From assembly GCA_963677595.1 (NCBI GenBank), contig OY782041.1:1760001-1824000 (forward strand): DNA of 64,000 nucleotides, written 5' to 3'. Origin of the DNA: Spirochaetia bacterium. Lineage in GTDB: Bacteria; Spirochaetota; Spirochaetia; CAKZLE01. Shown piece after piece: positions 38,441 through 48,502 of this stretch (positions are counted from its first letter, which is position 1; each line of letters opens with the position of its first letter). The position numbers and the translations under genes are program-made. Under the pieces are notes generated by a model. That model searched no databases. It saw only the letters and a list, made by a program, of their open reading frames with translations, and was not told the DNA's origin.

Positions 38441-39319
38441 ATGAACAATCAGAGAGCCATAGAGCTATGGGAAGAGAAAGAAAAACTGTTTTATGAACGG
38501 CACAGCGCATATTATGCGCATCCCGAAGACAGCTGGGTCGACCCCTTCAGGGTCATCGGGAATGTCTATTTCATCGGGGATACGGTGGTCGCACCGTACC
38601 TGATCGATACCGGGGCCGGGCTGATGCTCCTTGATTCCGGCTATCCGCATGCCGGGGAGATGCTCAAGAAGAGCATAGCCCTCCTGGGGTTCAGACTGGA
38701 AGATATCAAGTATATCCTCCACTCACATGAGCACTTCGACCACTTCGGCATCACAAAAGAATTACAGGAAGCATACGGCTGCAAGGCATTCATCCATGAG
38801 AAGGGTGCGGAGGTCATCAGAGAGAGACCGGAGCACACCCATATCCAGGATGCCCATTACGCCAAGGCTGAACTGTTCATCCCGGATGAGGTCTTCTCTG
38901 ACGGGGATGTGATCGAGCTTGGGAATACCAGGGTCACCTGCATCTTCACCCCCGGCCATTCCGAAGGAGCGACCACGTTCACGTTCAACGTGGAGGAAGG
39001 CGGGACTTCCTACACCGCCGGTGTGTGCGGCGTCGGCGGCTTCCTGGTCCTGCATACGGGCAGGCTGCTGAAGTATGGTCTCCCGATGGATTCACGGCAG
39101 CAGTACAGAGACAGCATTGCCAAGCTCAGGGACCTTCCCATAGACATAACCCTTGATGCGCATCCCCGGCCTAATGGGGTCCTGGACCGTCGCAAGCGCA
39201 TGCTGGAGATCCCAGAGGTCAATCCATATATCGACAAGAAGGCATGGGGAGAGAACCTGGATGCCTACCAGCAGCGGTTCGAGGCATTCCTGCAGGAGGA
39301 GGAACGGGAACTCGGATAG
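38441..39319 (+). CDS. Metallo-beta-lactamase-fold hydrolase, subclass B3-like, cytoplasmic
   Basis: PFRVIGNVYFIG, HEHFDH (HxHxDH), TPGHS and AHP motifs; no signal peptide. Confidence 0.85.
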   Translation: MNNQRAIELWEEKEKLFYERHSAYYAHPEDSWVDPFRVIGNVYFIGDTVVAPYLIDTGAGLMLLDSGYPHAGEMLKKSIALLGFRLEDIKYILHSHEHFDHFGITKELQEAYGCKAFIHEKGAEVIRERPEHTHIQDAHYAKAELFIPDEVFSDGDVIELGNTRVTCIFTPGHSEGATTFTFNVEEGGTSYTAGVCGVGGFLVLHTGRLLKYGLPMDSRQQYRDSIAKLRDLPIDITLDAHPRPNGVLDRRKRMLEIPEVNPYIDKKAWGENLDAYQQRFEAFLQEEERELG

Positions 39320-39339
39320 GGAGAACCTGATCAACCCGG

Positions 39340-40290
39340 TCACACAGTATAGAACTTCCTGATCCTTGTCTTGCACATCTCGATGAAATCAGAGGCTGCA
39401 TCTGAGAGGTACCGGTCCCGGTGGTAGGCAACCACCAGGTTGCCTATCGTCTCCGGGTCGTCGATGGGGAAGAAGTATACCGGGGATTTCTGTTCGTGGA
39501 GCATGAGCGGGCTCAGGTGCTTGACGAACATCTCGGGATAGATGGTCACCCCCATCTCCTCCCCGGCAAGTGAGAGCAGCGACTCGATGCTCTCCATCTC
39601 CATCTTGATGTTCACCTGGATTCCGTGCTTGTTCAGGTAGTGGTCGAGGAGGGTGCGTATCCGGTTCCCGGAGTTCAGGATCAGGAAGGGGTAGTCCTTG
39701 ATGAGGGCGAGGTTGAACCCCTTCTTGAATTCCACGATCTTCTCCTCGTGGGTGCCGGGGAACAGTTCCTTGATGTATCGCTGGGGGACGACGGCGAAGA
39801 GGCTTTCCTGGAGGATGTCGATCGTCTCGGCGGCGTCCAGGTTGATCGGGGAGAACCCGATGATCAGGTCGATCTGGCCGTGCTGCAGCCAGTTCTCGAG
39901 GGCCTCGGAGTTCCCCTCCTTGATGATGATCTCGATGAGGGGGTACTTCTTCGAGAACAGCGGCAGCACCTGCGGGAGGAAGACACGCCCCCGGGTATGG
40001 GAGATCCCGATGCGCAGCTCCCCCCGCTTCAGGTTGTTGATGTCATCGAGTTCCATGATCATCTGCCGCTTCGTGTCCAGCAGGCGGGTCGCCGCCTTCA
40101 GGAAGCACTTACCGGCATAGGTCAAGGATAGCGAAGGAGATCGTTTGAAGAGTTCGGCACTCACCTCCTCCTCCAGCCTGATGATGTGCTTGCTCAAGGA
40201 CTGCTGGGAGATGAAGAGCCGCTCTGCTGCCCGGGTGATGTTCAGCTCCTCGGCAACGGTGACGAAGTACTGGATAGTGAGGAAATTCAT
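39340..40290 (-). CDS. LysR family regulator
   Basis: MNFLTIQYF..NITRAAERLFISQQSLSKHI HTH; AGGAGG RBS before ATG 40290. The ORF-track extension to 41007 is antisense to aconitase. Confidence 0.9.
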   Translation of the reverse strand: MNFLTIQYFVTVAEELNITRAAERLFISQQSLSKHIIRLEEEVSAELFKRSPSLSLTYAGKCFLKAATRLLDTKRQMIMELDDINNLKRGELRIGISHTRGRVFLPQVLPLFSKKYPLIEIIIKEGNSEALENWLQHGQIDLIIGFSPINLDAAETIDILQESLFAVVPQRYIKELFPGTHEEKIVEFKKGFNLALIKDYPFLILNSGNRIRTLLDHYLNKHGIQVNIKMEMESIESLLSLAGEEMGVTIYPEMFVKHLSPLMLHEQKSPVYFFPIDDPETIGNLVVAYHRDRYLSDAASDFIEMCKTRIRKFYTV

Positions 40291-40505
40291 AGATCCTCCT
40301 ACAATAAAAAGGTTGTGCTTATATGTACAAATAAAATGTTTTTCGTTGTGATCATAGCATGGTAAAATCCAGTTAGCAATATGACAACGTAATCTTTGGA
40401 GGGTTTCAAGAGAAAACAGTTCGAATCGCATGCCTTGGGGCCCTTGGGGACGGCATGAACTAAGCAAGTAAACGAGAGAGAATCTTATCAGGAAGGGAGA
40501 AAGTA

Positions 40506-42470
40506 ATGGGACAGAACATACCAGAGAAGATCCTGTCGGCACACCTGGTAGAGGGTGAGCTGAAAGCAGGGAACGAGATCGCGGTGAAGATCGACCAGAC
40601 ACTGACGCAGGACGCGACGGGAACGATGGCGTACCTGCAGTTCGAGGCGATGGGGATCGACCATATACAGAACGAGTTGGCGGTGAGCTATGTGGACCAC
40701 AACACGGTGCAGGTGGGGTTCGAGAACGCGGACGACCACCGGTACCTGCAGTCGGTGGCACAGAAGTACGGGATCGTGTTCTCCCGGCCGGGGAACGGGA
40801 TCTGCCACCAGGTACACCTGGAGCGGTTCGGGATCCCGGGCAAGACGCTGTTGGGATCAGACTCGCACACGCCGACCGGCGGCGGTATCGGGATGCTGGC
40901 GATGGGTGCCGGCGGGATCGACGTGGCCGTGGCCATGGGCGGGGGAGCCTTCTACATGAGCGCGCCGAATGTCGTGCGCATCGAGCTGGAAGGCAAGCTC
41001 CGGCCATGGGTCTCGGCGAAGGACGTGATCCTGAAGGTCTTGAGCATCTTCTCGACGAAAGGGAACGTGGGGACGGTGCTGGAGTACGGCGGGCCCGGGG
41101 TCGATACCCTCGACGTGCCGGACCGTGCGACGATCACGAACATGGGAGCCGAACTCGGGGTGACGACCTCGATCTTCCCGAGCGATGAGAAGACGAAGGC
41201 GTTCATGGAAGCCCAGGGGCGGGGAGCCGACTGGGTGGAGCTGAAAGCGGATGCCGATGCGGAGTATGCCCGGACCGTGACGATCGACCTGAGTGAGCTG
41301 GAACCGCTGACAGCGGCACCGCACTCACCGGGGAACATCGAGACGGTGAAGGGACTTGCAGGGAAGCGCGTAGACCAGGTGCTCATCGGGTCCTGCACGA
41401 ACTCCTCCTACCGGGACCTGGTGACCGTCGCGGAGATCCTCGACGGGAAGCGGGTGGCCCCGGGCGTGAGCCTGGGTATCGCGCCGGGTTCAAGGGAAGT
41501 ACTCACGATGCTCGCGCGGGACGGGTACCTGACGAAGCTGATCGAGTCGGGGGCACGGATCCTGGAGAGTGCCTGCGGGTTCTGTATCGGCAACCACATG
41601 TCGCCGAACAGCGAAGCGGTCTCGCTGCGGACATCGAACCGGAACTTCGAGGGGAGATCGGGGACGAAGTCGGCCCAGGTCTACCTGGTGAGCCCGGAAG
41701 TGGCAGCCTTGGCGGCGATCACGGGAGCGTTCACCGACCCGCTGGCAGACAACGGGATAGCCTATCCTGCGGTGGGGATGCCGAAGGAGTTCATCATCGA
41801 TGACAGCATGTTCATCTTCCCGACAGAAGACGGGGGCGATACCGAGATCCTGCGGGGACCGAACATCGGGGCACCGCCGGTGAACACCGGACTGCCGGAA
41901 GCACTGAAGGGTGTGGCGACACTGAAGGTAGGGGAGAAGATCACGACCGACCACATCATGCCGGCAGGAGCACGGCTGAAGTACCGGTCGAACGTGCCGA
42001 CCTACTCACAGTATGTGTTCGAGCCGATCGACCCGCAGTTCCCCACACGGGCGGCAGCGAACCGGGACGCGGGGATCGACAACATCATCATCGCCGCAGA
42101 CTCGTACGGGCAGGGCTCGAGCCGGGAACATGCGGCATTATGCCCGATGTACCTGGGGGTGAAGGCGGTGGTGGCGACCTCGATCGAGCGGATCCACATG
42201 GCGAACCTGTTCAACTTCGGGATCGTGCCGTTCATCTTCGCAGACCGGGAGGATTACGACCGGATCGACGAGGGGGATGAGCTGGAGATCGCGGGACTGG
42301 CCGAGGCGATCAGGAGTGCCGGTGAGCATGGGGGCATCGTGAAGATGGCCAACAAGACGAAGGGGACCGAGATCCCGCTGAGAGCGGAGTTCACGGCCCG
42401 GCAGATCGGGCTGCTGGAAGCAGGCGGGCTGCTGAACTACACGAGCGCACAGCAGGGGGAACAGGCATGA
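40506..42470 (+). CDS. acn: Aconitate hydratase (about 650-aa form)
   Basis: [48 protein letters not shown] motifs. Confidence 0.93.
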   Translation: MGQNIPEKILSAHLVEGELKAGNEIAVKIDQTLTQDATGTMAYLQFEAMGIDHIQNELAVSYVDHNTVQVGFENADDHRYLQSVAQKYGIVFSRPGNGICHQVHLERFGIPGKTLLGSDSHTPTGGGIGMLAMGAGGIDVAVAMGGGAFYMSAPNVVRIELEGKLRPWVSAKDVILKVLSIFSTKGNVGTVLEYGGPGVDTLDVPDRATITNMGAELGVTTSIFPSDEKTKAFMEAQGRGADWVELKADADAEYARTVTIDLSELEPLTAAPHSPGNIETVKGLAGKRVDQVLIGSCTNSSYRDLVTVAEILDGKRVAPGVSLGIAPGSREVLTMLARDGYLTKLIESGARILESACGFCIGNHMSPNSEAVSLRTSNRNFEGRSGTKSAQVYLVSPEVAALAAITGAFTDPLADNGIAYPAVGMPKEFIIDDSMFIFPTEDGGDTEILRGPNIGAPPVNTGLPEALKGVATLKVGEKITTDHIMPAGARLKYRSNVPTYSQYVFEPIDPQFPTRAAANRDAGIDNIIIAADSYGQGSSREHAALCPMYLGVKAVVATSIERIHMANLFNFGIVPFIFADREDYDRIDEGDELEIAGLAEAIRSAGEHGGIVKMANKTKGTEIPLRAEFTARQIGLLEAGGLLNYTSAQQGEQA

Positions 42471-44704
42471 CGATAGCGCAGACAGAACCGAAGATCATCT
42501 ACACGATCACCGATGAGGCGCCGGCACTGGCGACGGCATCATTGCTGCCGATCATCCGGGCCTATACGGCCGCGGCAGGGGTGACGGTGGAGACCCGTGA
42601 CATCTCGCTCTCCGGGCGGATCCTGGCGCACTTTCCAGAGGCCCTGTCCGCAGGGACCGATGACCTGGCAGAGCTGGGGGAGCTGGTGAAGGCGCCTGAG
42701 GCGAACATCATCAAGCTGCCGAACATCAGCGCATCGGTACCGCAGTTGAAGGCCGCAATCGCCGAACTGCAGGGGAGGGGGTACGCGGTACCCGACTACC
42801 CGGAGAGCCCTGCGAGTGAGGACGAGCAGGAGGTGCGGAAGCGGTATGACGCGGTGAAGGGGTCAGCGGTGAACCCGGTGCTGCGGGAAGGGAACTCGGA
42901 CCGGCGGGCACCGCAGGCGGTGAAGGCGTATGCGCAGAAGCACCCGCACAGCATGGGGGCCTGGGAAGCAGGCTCGAAGAGCCATGTGGCAAGCATGGAG
43001 GACGGGGACTTCTACGGGAGCGAGCAGTCGGTGGTGACCGAGGGCCCGACGAGCGTGGATGTGGTACTCAAAGGCGCAGACGGCACGCAGACGGTCCTGA
43101 AGGCGGGACTGAAGCTGCAGGCAGGGGAGATCCTCGACTCAGCGGTGATGAGCGCAGGGAAGCTGCGGAGCTTCTTAAAGAGAGAGATCGCCGATGCGAA
43201 GAAGCAGGGAGTACTCTTCTCGGTCCACCTGAAGGCGACGATGATGAAGGTATCGGACCCGATCATCTTCGGGCATGTGGTCTCGATCTACTATGAGGAG
43301 CTGTTCGACACCTACGGCGAGCAGCTCGCATCGGTGGGTGCAGACCCGCGGATGGGGATGGCAGACCTGGAGAAGCGGATCGCGGGGTTGAAGCCGGAAG
43401 AGCGGGAAGCGATCGAGGAAAAGATCGCAGCGATCTACCGTGATCAGCCGGAGCTTGCGATGGTGAACTCCGAGCGGGGGATCACGAACCTGCACGTATC
43501 GAGCGACATCATCATCGACGCGTCGATGCCGGCAGCGATCCGGAACTCCGGGAAGATGTGGGGCGTCGACGGGAAGCTGAAGGACATGAAGGCCGTGATC
43601 CCTGACCGGAGCTATGCAGGGGTGTATGCCGAGACGATCGCGTACTGCAAGGCGAACGGGGCGTTTGACCCGAGAACGATGGGCGACGTGTCGAACGTGG
43701 GGCTGATGGCGCAGAAGGCCGAGGAGTACGGGTCGCATGACAAGACCTTCGAGATGCCGGGAAGCGGCGTGGTGGAAGTAGTCGATGCAGACGGCACCGT
43801 ACTGATGGCGCAGGCCGTGGAAGGCGGGGACATCTTCCGGATGTGCCAGGTGAAGGACGCCCCGGTGCGTGACTGGGTGAAGCTTGCCGTGAGGCGTGCG
43901 AAGGCGACGGGGAACCCGGCGGTCTTCTGGCTTGACGAGGCGAGGGCCCATGATGCGCAGCTGATCAGGAAGGTGCGGACCTACCTGGCCGAGGAGGAGA
44001 CAGACGGGCTGGAGCTGACGATCGCCTCCCCTGAGGAGGCGACGAAGTGGACGCTCGAGCGGCTGAAGCGGGGAGAGGACACGATCTCGGTGACGGGGAA
44101 CGTGCTGCGAGACTACCTGACGGACCTGTTCCCGATCCTGGAACTGGGGACGAGTGCGAAGATGCTGTCGATCGTGCCGCTGATGGGCGGGGGCGGGCTC
44201 TTCGAGACGGGAGCCGGCGGGTCCGCGCCGAAGCATGTGCAGCAGCTGCAGGAGGAGGGCCACCTGAGGTGGGACTCGCTCGGCGAGTTCCTTGCTCTGG
44301 CGGCCTCGCTCGAGCACCTGGGGACGGTGTACGGGAACCCGAAGGCCCTGGTACTGGCGAAAGCGCTGGACCGGGGGACGGAAGTATTGCTGGAGGAAGG
44401 CAAGTCGCCGTCGCGTAAGGTCGGGGAGATCGACACGCGGGGCAGCCACTACTACCTGGCGCGATACTGGGCGCAGGCGCTCAGTGAGCAGGATGAGGAT
44501 GAGGAGCTCTCTGAGCTCTTCCGGCCGCTGGCGAAGGAGTTCACGGTGAAGGAAGAAGCCATCACCTCCGAACTGCTGGCAGTCCAGGGGAACCCGACGG
44601 ACATCGGGGGGTACTACTGCCCCGATGAGGCGGTCAAGGCACAGGCTATGCGCCCGAGCAAGACGCTCAATGCCGCACTGAAGTTGATCTCAGGCGAGAT
44701 GTAG
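42467..44704 (+). CDS. icd: Monomeric NADP-dependent isocitrate dehydrogenase
   Basis: [59 protein letters not shown] motifs. Confidence 0.96.
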   Translation: MTIAQTEPKIIYTITDEAPALATASLLPIIRAYTAAAGVTVETRDISLSGRILAHFPEALSAGTDDLAELGELVKAPEANIIKLPNISASVPQLKAAIAELQGRGYAVPDYPESPASEDEQEVRKRYDAVKGSAVNPVLREGNSDRRAPQAVKAYAQKHPHSMGAWEAGSKSHVASMEDGDFYGSEQSVVTEGPTSVDVVLKGADGTQTVLKAGLKLQAGEILDSAVMSAGKLRSFLKREIADAKKQGVLFSVHLKATMMKVSDPIIFGHVVSIYYEELFDTYGEQLASVGADPRMGMADLEKRIAGLKPEEREAIEEKIAAIYRDQPELAMVNSERGITNLHVSSDIIIDASMPAAIRNSGKMWGVDGKLKDMKAVIPDRSYAGVYAETIAYCKANGAFDPRTMGDVSNVGLMAQKAEEYGSHDKTFEMPGSGVVEVVDADGTVLMAQAVEGGDIFRMCQVKDAPVRDWVKLAVRRAKATGNPAVFWLDEARAHDAQLIRKVRTYLAEEETDGLELTIASPEEATKWTLERLKRGEDTISVTGNVLRDYLTDLFPILELGTSAKMLSIVPLMGGGGLFETGAGGSAPKHVQQLQEEGHLRWDSLGEFLALAASLEHLGTVYGNPKALVLAKALDRGTEVLLEEGKSPSRKVGEIDTRGSHYYLARYWAQALSEQDEDEELSELFRPLAKEFTVKEEAITSELLAVQGNPTDIGGYYCPDEAVKAQAMRPSKTLNAALKLISGEM

Positions 44705-44720
44705 GTAAGGAGAGGAACTA

Positions 44721-45017
44721 ATGGAATTGGTGAAGACCGGGATCTCAGGGACCCTGGAATCAAGCGATATCATGGTGACGATCAAGCAGGCCGATGAGGC
44801 TGGGATCGACATTCAGCTTACCAGCATCGTGGAGAAGCAGTTCGGCGCCGTGATACGGAAAGTCATAACCGAGACACTCAACGCGCTGGAGATCGAATCA
44901 GCCACAGTCGAGGCTGTCGACAAGGGAGCCCTGGACTGTACGATACGGGCACGCGTGAAGACCGCTGCCTACCGGGCATGCGAGGTGTCCAGGAAAGAGT
45001 GGGAGACAGGGAAATGA
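44721..45017 (+). CDS. citD: Citrate lyase acyl carrier protein (gamma)
   Basis: GTLESSD (prosthetic-group Ser), VEKQFG, DKGALDC. Confidence 0.95.
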   Translation: MELVKTGISGTLESSDIMVTIKQADEAGIDIQLTSIVEKQFGAVIRKVITETLNALEIESATVEAVDKGALDCTIRARVKTAAYRACEVSRKEWETGK

Positions 45018-45901
45018 GACATGAACACTTAAGAAGGACTATGCTGTTCGTCCCGGGGAACAATCCCGGGATGATACAGGATGCGTATATCTACGGAAGT
45101 GACAGCATCATGTTCGACCTCGAGGACTCTGTCTCCATCCTGGAGAAGGACGCTGCCAGGGCCCTGGTCTATGAGGCCCTGACGACCCTGGACTTCAACG
45201 GGACAGAGATCGTGGTCAGGGTCAATTCGCTGGACTCCGAGATGGGGATCGATGACCTTGAAGCGATGGTCCGGGCACAGCCGCATGTGATCAGGCTCCC
45301 GAAGACGGAGACAGCTGATGACATCATCGTGTGTGAGCGGGAGATCGCACGCATCGAGAAGGAAGCAGGTATCCCGGTCGGTACGACGAGGATGATAGCT
45401 GCCATCGAGTCTGCTGCCGGTGTGCTGAACGCGAAGGAGATCGCCCTCGCGAGCGACCGCCTCGTCGGTATCGCGCTCGGGGCTGAGGACTATGTCACCA
45501 ACCTGAAGACGAACCGCTCGGAAGACGGCATAGAGCTCCTCTTCGCCAGGAGCATGATCCTTCTCGCCGCACGTGCAGCCGGGATCGCCGCGATCGATAC
45601 CGTCTACTCCGATGTCGACAATGAGGAGGGCCTCAAGAAAGAGGCCTCGCTCATCAAGCAGCTCGGCTTCGACGGGAAGTCGGTGATCAACCCGAGGCAG
45701 ATAGCTATCATCAATGAGATCTACACACCGAGTGAGAAAGAGATCAAGAAGTCGAGGGCCGTCCTTGAGGCCATCGCCGAAGCGAACAGGAAGGGAAGCG
45801 GGGTCATCGCCCTGAACGGGAAGATGATCGACAAACCGGTCGTCGAGCGTGCGCAGCGGGTGATTGACCTGGCATTCGCCTCCGGGATCATCAAGGATTA
45901 G
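45014..45901 (+). CDS. citE: Citrate lyase beta subunit
   Basis: LRRTMLFVPGNNP, FDLEDSV, GAEDY, GKMIDKP; ATGA overlap with citD. Confidence 0.95.
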   Translation: MRHEHLRRTMLFVPGNNPGMIQDAYIYGSDSIMFDLEDSVSILEKDAARALVYEALTTLDFNGTEIVVRVNSLDSEMGIDDLEAMVRAQPHVIRLPKTETADDIIVCEREIARIEKEAGIPVGTTRMIAAIESAAGVLNAKEIALASDRLVGIALGAEDYVTNLKTNRSEDGIELLFARSMILLAARAAGIAAIDTVYSDVDNEEGLKKEASLIKQLGFDGKSVINPRQIAIINEIYTPSEKEIKKSRAVLEAIAEANRKGSGVIALNGKMIDKPVVERAQRVIDLAFASGIIKD

Positions 45902-45912
45902 GGGGAGAACAT

Positions 45913-47445
45913 ATGGAACTGAAAGATATACCGCATATCGGGGAACTCTCCGGTATAGACAGGGCCTTCGACAGCGGGAAGATTAACAAGGATACCAGGA
46001 GTCTCAAGGAGCATTCCGAGAGCTCGGTCAAGGTACTGGCCTCCATCCAGGACGCGATCCGCGCTACGGGGCTGCGGGACGGCATGACTGTGAGCTTCCA
46101 CCACCATTTCAGGAACGGGGATTACGTCCTGAACATGGTCCTCGACGAGATCGCCGCCATGGGGATCAGGGACCTCACTCTGGCCCCGAGCTCCCTGCAG
46201 GAGATCCATGAACCGCTGATCGAGCATATCAGAAACGGTGTGGTGAAGCGCATCGAGACCAGCGGCCTGCGGGGTAAGCTCGCAGGTGAGATCTCACGGG
46301 GGCTCATGGACTATCCCGTGGTCTTCCGCAGCCACGGCGGCCGGGCATATGCGATCGAGACCGGGAAGCTGAAGATCGACGTCGCTTTCCTTGGGGCACC
46401 TGCCTGTGACCCCTTCGGCAATGCGAACGGCTATTCGAGGGAGGATGACTCCAGCGTCATCTGCGGGTCCTTGGGCTATGCGAAATGCGATGCCCAGTAC
46501 GCAGGACAGGTCGTCATCATCACGGATAACATCGTGCCGTTCCCCAACGCCCCCTTCGGCATCCCTGAGTCGGATGTAAACTATATCGTCAAGGTCGACA
46601 GGATCGGGGACCCGAACGGGATCATGACCGGGGCCACCCGGTTCACCAAAAACCCGAAGGACCTCATCATCGCCGAGCAGGCCGCGAAGGTGATCGATGC
46701 CAGCGGGAAGCTCGTGAACGGGTTCTCCATCCAGATGGGGTCCGGTGGTGCGTCCCTGGCGATCACCCGATTCCTTGAGGCGAAGATGATCGAGAAGGAC
46801 GTGAAGGCCTCCTTCGCACTGGGGGGGATCACCGGGTCGATGGTCGCGCTCTTCGAGAAGGGGCTGGTGAAGAAACTGCTCGATGTGCAGAGTTTCGACC
46901 TGGATGCGGCGAAGTCGCTGATCAACAACCGGTTCCACCAGCAGATCTCGGCATCGTACTATGCGAGCCCGGGAAACAAGGGGAGTGCGGTCAACCAGCT
47001 CGATATCGTGATCCTCTCGGCGATGGAGATCGACCTCGACTTCAACGTCAATGTCCTCACCGGCTCCGACGGTGTGATCCGGGGAGCGATCGGCGGACAC
47101 TGTGACACTGCCGCCGGTGCGAGCCTGACGATCATCGTCTGCCCGCTCTGCAGGGGGAGGATACCGTCAGTCGTCAGGAAGGTGAACACGATCGTGACTC
47201 CCGGGAAGACCATCGACGTGGTCGTCACCGACCAGGGAGTCGCCGTGAACCCGCGGAGGCGGGACCTCGAGAAGACTTTGAGGGAGCGGGGCATCAATGT
47301 CCGTTCCATCGACGAGCTCTGTACCCGTGCTGAGAAGATCGCGGGGAAGGCCGTGCCGATACGCTATACCGACAAGGTCGTCGGGGTAGTCACCTACCGT
47401 GACGGCAGCGTCCTTGATGTCGTCCGGCAGGTCGAGGAGGACTGA
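45913..47445 (+). CDS. citF: Citrate lyase alpha subunit
   Basis: SFHHHFRNGD, RSHGGR, GSGGASLA, GGHCDTA motifs. Confidence 0.96.
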   Translation: MELKDIPHIGELSGIDRAFDSGKINKDTRSLKEHSESSVKVLASIQDAIRATGLRDGMTVSFHHHFRNGDYVLNMVLDEIAAMGIRDLTLAPSSLQEIHEPLIEHIRNGVVKRIETSGLRGKLAGEISRGLMDYPVVFRSHGGRAYAIETGKLKIDVAFLGAPACDPFGNANGYSREDDSSVICGSLGYAKCDAQYAGQVVIITDNIVPFPNAPFGIPESDVNYIVKVDRIGDPNGIMTGATRFTKNPKDLIIAEQAAKVIDASGKLVNGFSIQMGSGGASLAITRFLEAKMIEKDVKASFALGGITGSMVALFEKGLVKKLLDVQSFDLDAAKSLINNRFHQQISASYYASPGNKGSAVNQLDIVILSAMEIDLDFNVNVLTGSDGVIRGAIGGHCDTAAGASLTIIVCPLCRGRIPSVVRKVNTIVTPGKTIDVVVTDQGVAVNPRRRDLEKTLRERGINVRSIDELCTRAEKIAGKAVPIRYTDKVVGVVTYRDGSVLDVVRQVEED

Positions 47446-47453
47446 AGTTTTTT

Positions 47454-48482
47454 ATGGAATCCGGTTATGAAGTCCGGGAGATTCATGGGATCAGGACAGA
47501 TTCCATGCTCTATCATGATTTGACGGACTTCCTCGAGGAGAACCACCTCGTGATCGATGGGAGCATCGATCACACCGTCACCATCGTTGATGGGGACGGC
47601 CGCCTCATTGCCAGCGGTTCCTCCTCTGGGAATGTCATCAAATATCTGGCGGTCTCAGCCTCTCACAGGAGTGAGGGGCTGCTAGCCCCGATCCTGACCG
47701 CCCTCATCCGGGAGATCACGAACAACGGCGGGGATAAGATCTTCATCTACACCGCGCCCGGGAACGAGGACCTGTTTCGGGAGTTCGGGTTCTTTCCCGT
47801 GGCACGGACGGATGAGATCCTGCTGCTGGAGAACCGTAAGGACGGGATCGGGAGATGGCTCAAGCGTGTCGGGACTGAGACCGAACAGCTCTTCGGAAAG
47901 GGCGATGGCCCCAGGAGGGTCGGGGTCATCGTCATGAACTGCGACCCCTTCACCAGGGGCCATCGCTACCTCATCGAGTACGCCGCAGCACGGAGTGACA
48001 TCCTCCATATCTTCATCCTCTCCTCCGGAGGGACCTTCACGCCTCAGGAACGGTATGCGATGGTCGAGGCAGGAACAGCTGACCTGGGTAACGTGATGCT
48101 TCACAAGGCCTCTGACTATATGGTCTCCCCGGCTACCTTCCCGACCTACTTCATCAAGGCCGAGAAGCCGATGAGCGAGGTGAGCTGTGCCCTTGATATA
48201 CAGATCTTCACCCGGGTCATCGCCCCTGCATTGGGGATCACGCTGCGGTTCGTGGGGACCGAACCCTACTGCCCCGTGACCTCGGTCTATAACCGGATGA
48301 TGCAGGAGGCATTGCCAGGCCAGGGGATCGAATTCATCGAGATTCCCAGGTTCGAGTTTGATGGCCGTGCAGTGAGCGCCTCCGAGGTCAGGAGGCATTA
48401 CCATGCCGGGGATTGGGAATCACTCGAACCGCTGGTCCCCCCAACGACCTATGAGATCCTGCGGGGGCTGCCGGGGAGATAG
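47454..48482 (+). CDS. citC: [Citrate (pro-3S)-lyase] ligase
   Basis: N-terminal GNAT-like part; VMNCDPFTRGHRYL, SPATFPTYF, RFVGTEP, SASEVR. Confidence 0.93.
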   Translation: MESGYEVREIHGIRTDSMLYHDLTDFLEENHLVIDGSIDHTVTIVDGDGRLIASGSSSGNVIKYLAVSASHRSEGLLAPILTALIREITNNGGDKIFIYTAPGNEDLFREFGFFPVARTDEILLLENRKDGIGRWLKRVGTETEQLFGKGDGPRRVGVIVMNCDPFTRGHRYLIEYAAARSDILHIFILSSGGTFTPQERYAMVEAGTADLGNVMLHKASDYMVSPATFPTYFIKAEKPMSEVSCALDIQIFTRVIAPALGITLRFVGTEPYCPVTSVYNRMMQEALPGQGIEFIEIPRFEFDGRAVSASEVRRHYHAGDWESLEPLVPPTTYEILRGLPGR

Positions 48483-48502
48483 GGTAGCTTCAGGTATCGA
48501 GT

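Noticed and set aside
38441-39319. Calling the MBL an antibiotic-resistance gene
   Set aside because: No signal peptide and a metabolic regulatory context; activity cannot be inferred from the fold.
40291-41007. 239-aa N-terminal extension of the LysR ORF (555 aa in the track)
   Set aside because: Antisense to aconitase and low complexity; the HTH and a strong RBS place the start at 40290.
43175-44449. 424-aa antisense ORF within icd, and similar long shadows at 24969-26207, 36847-37959, 6271-7278 and 20578-21441
   Set aside because: Expected shadow ORFs of GC-rich genes; no recognisable motifs, and fully overlapped by well-supported genes.
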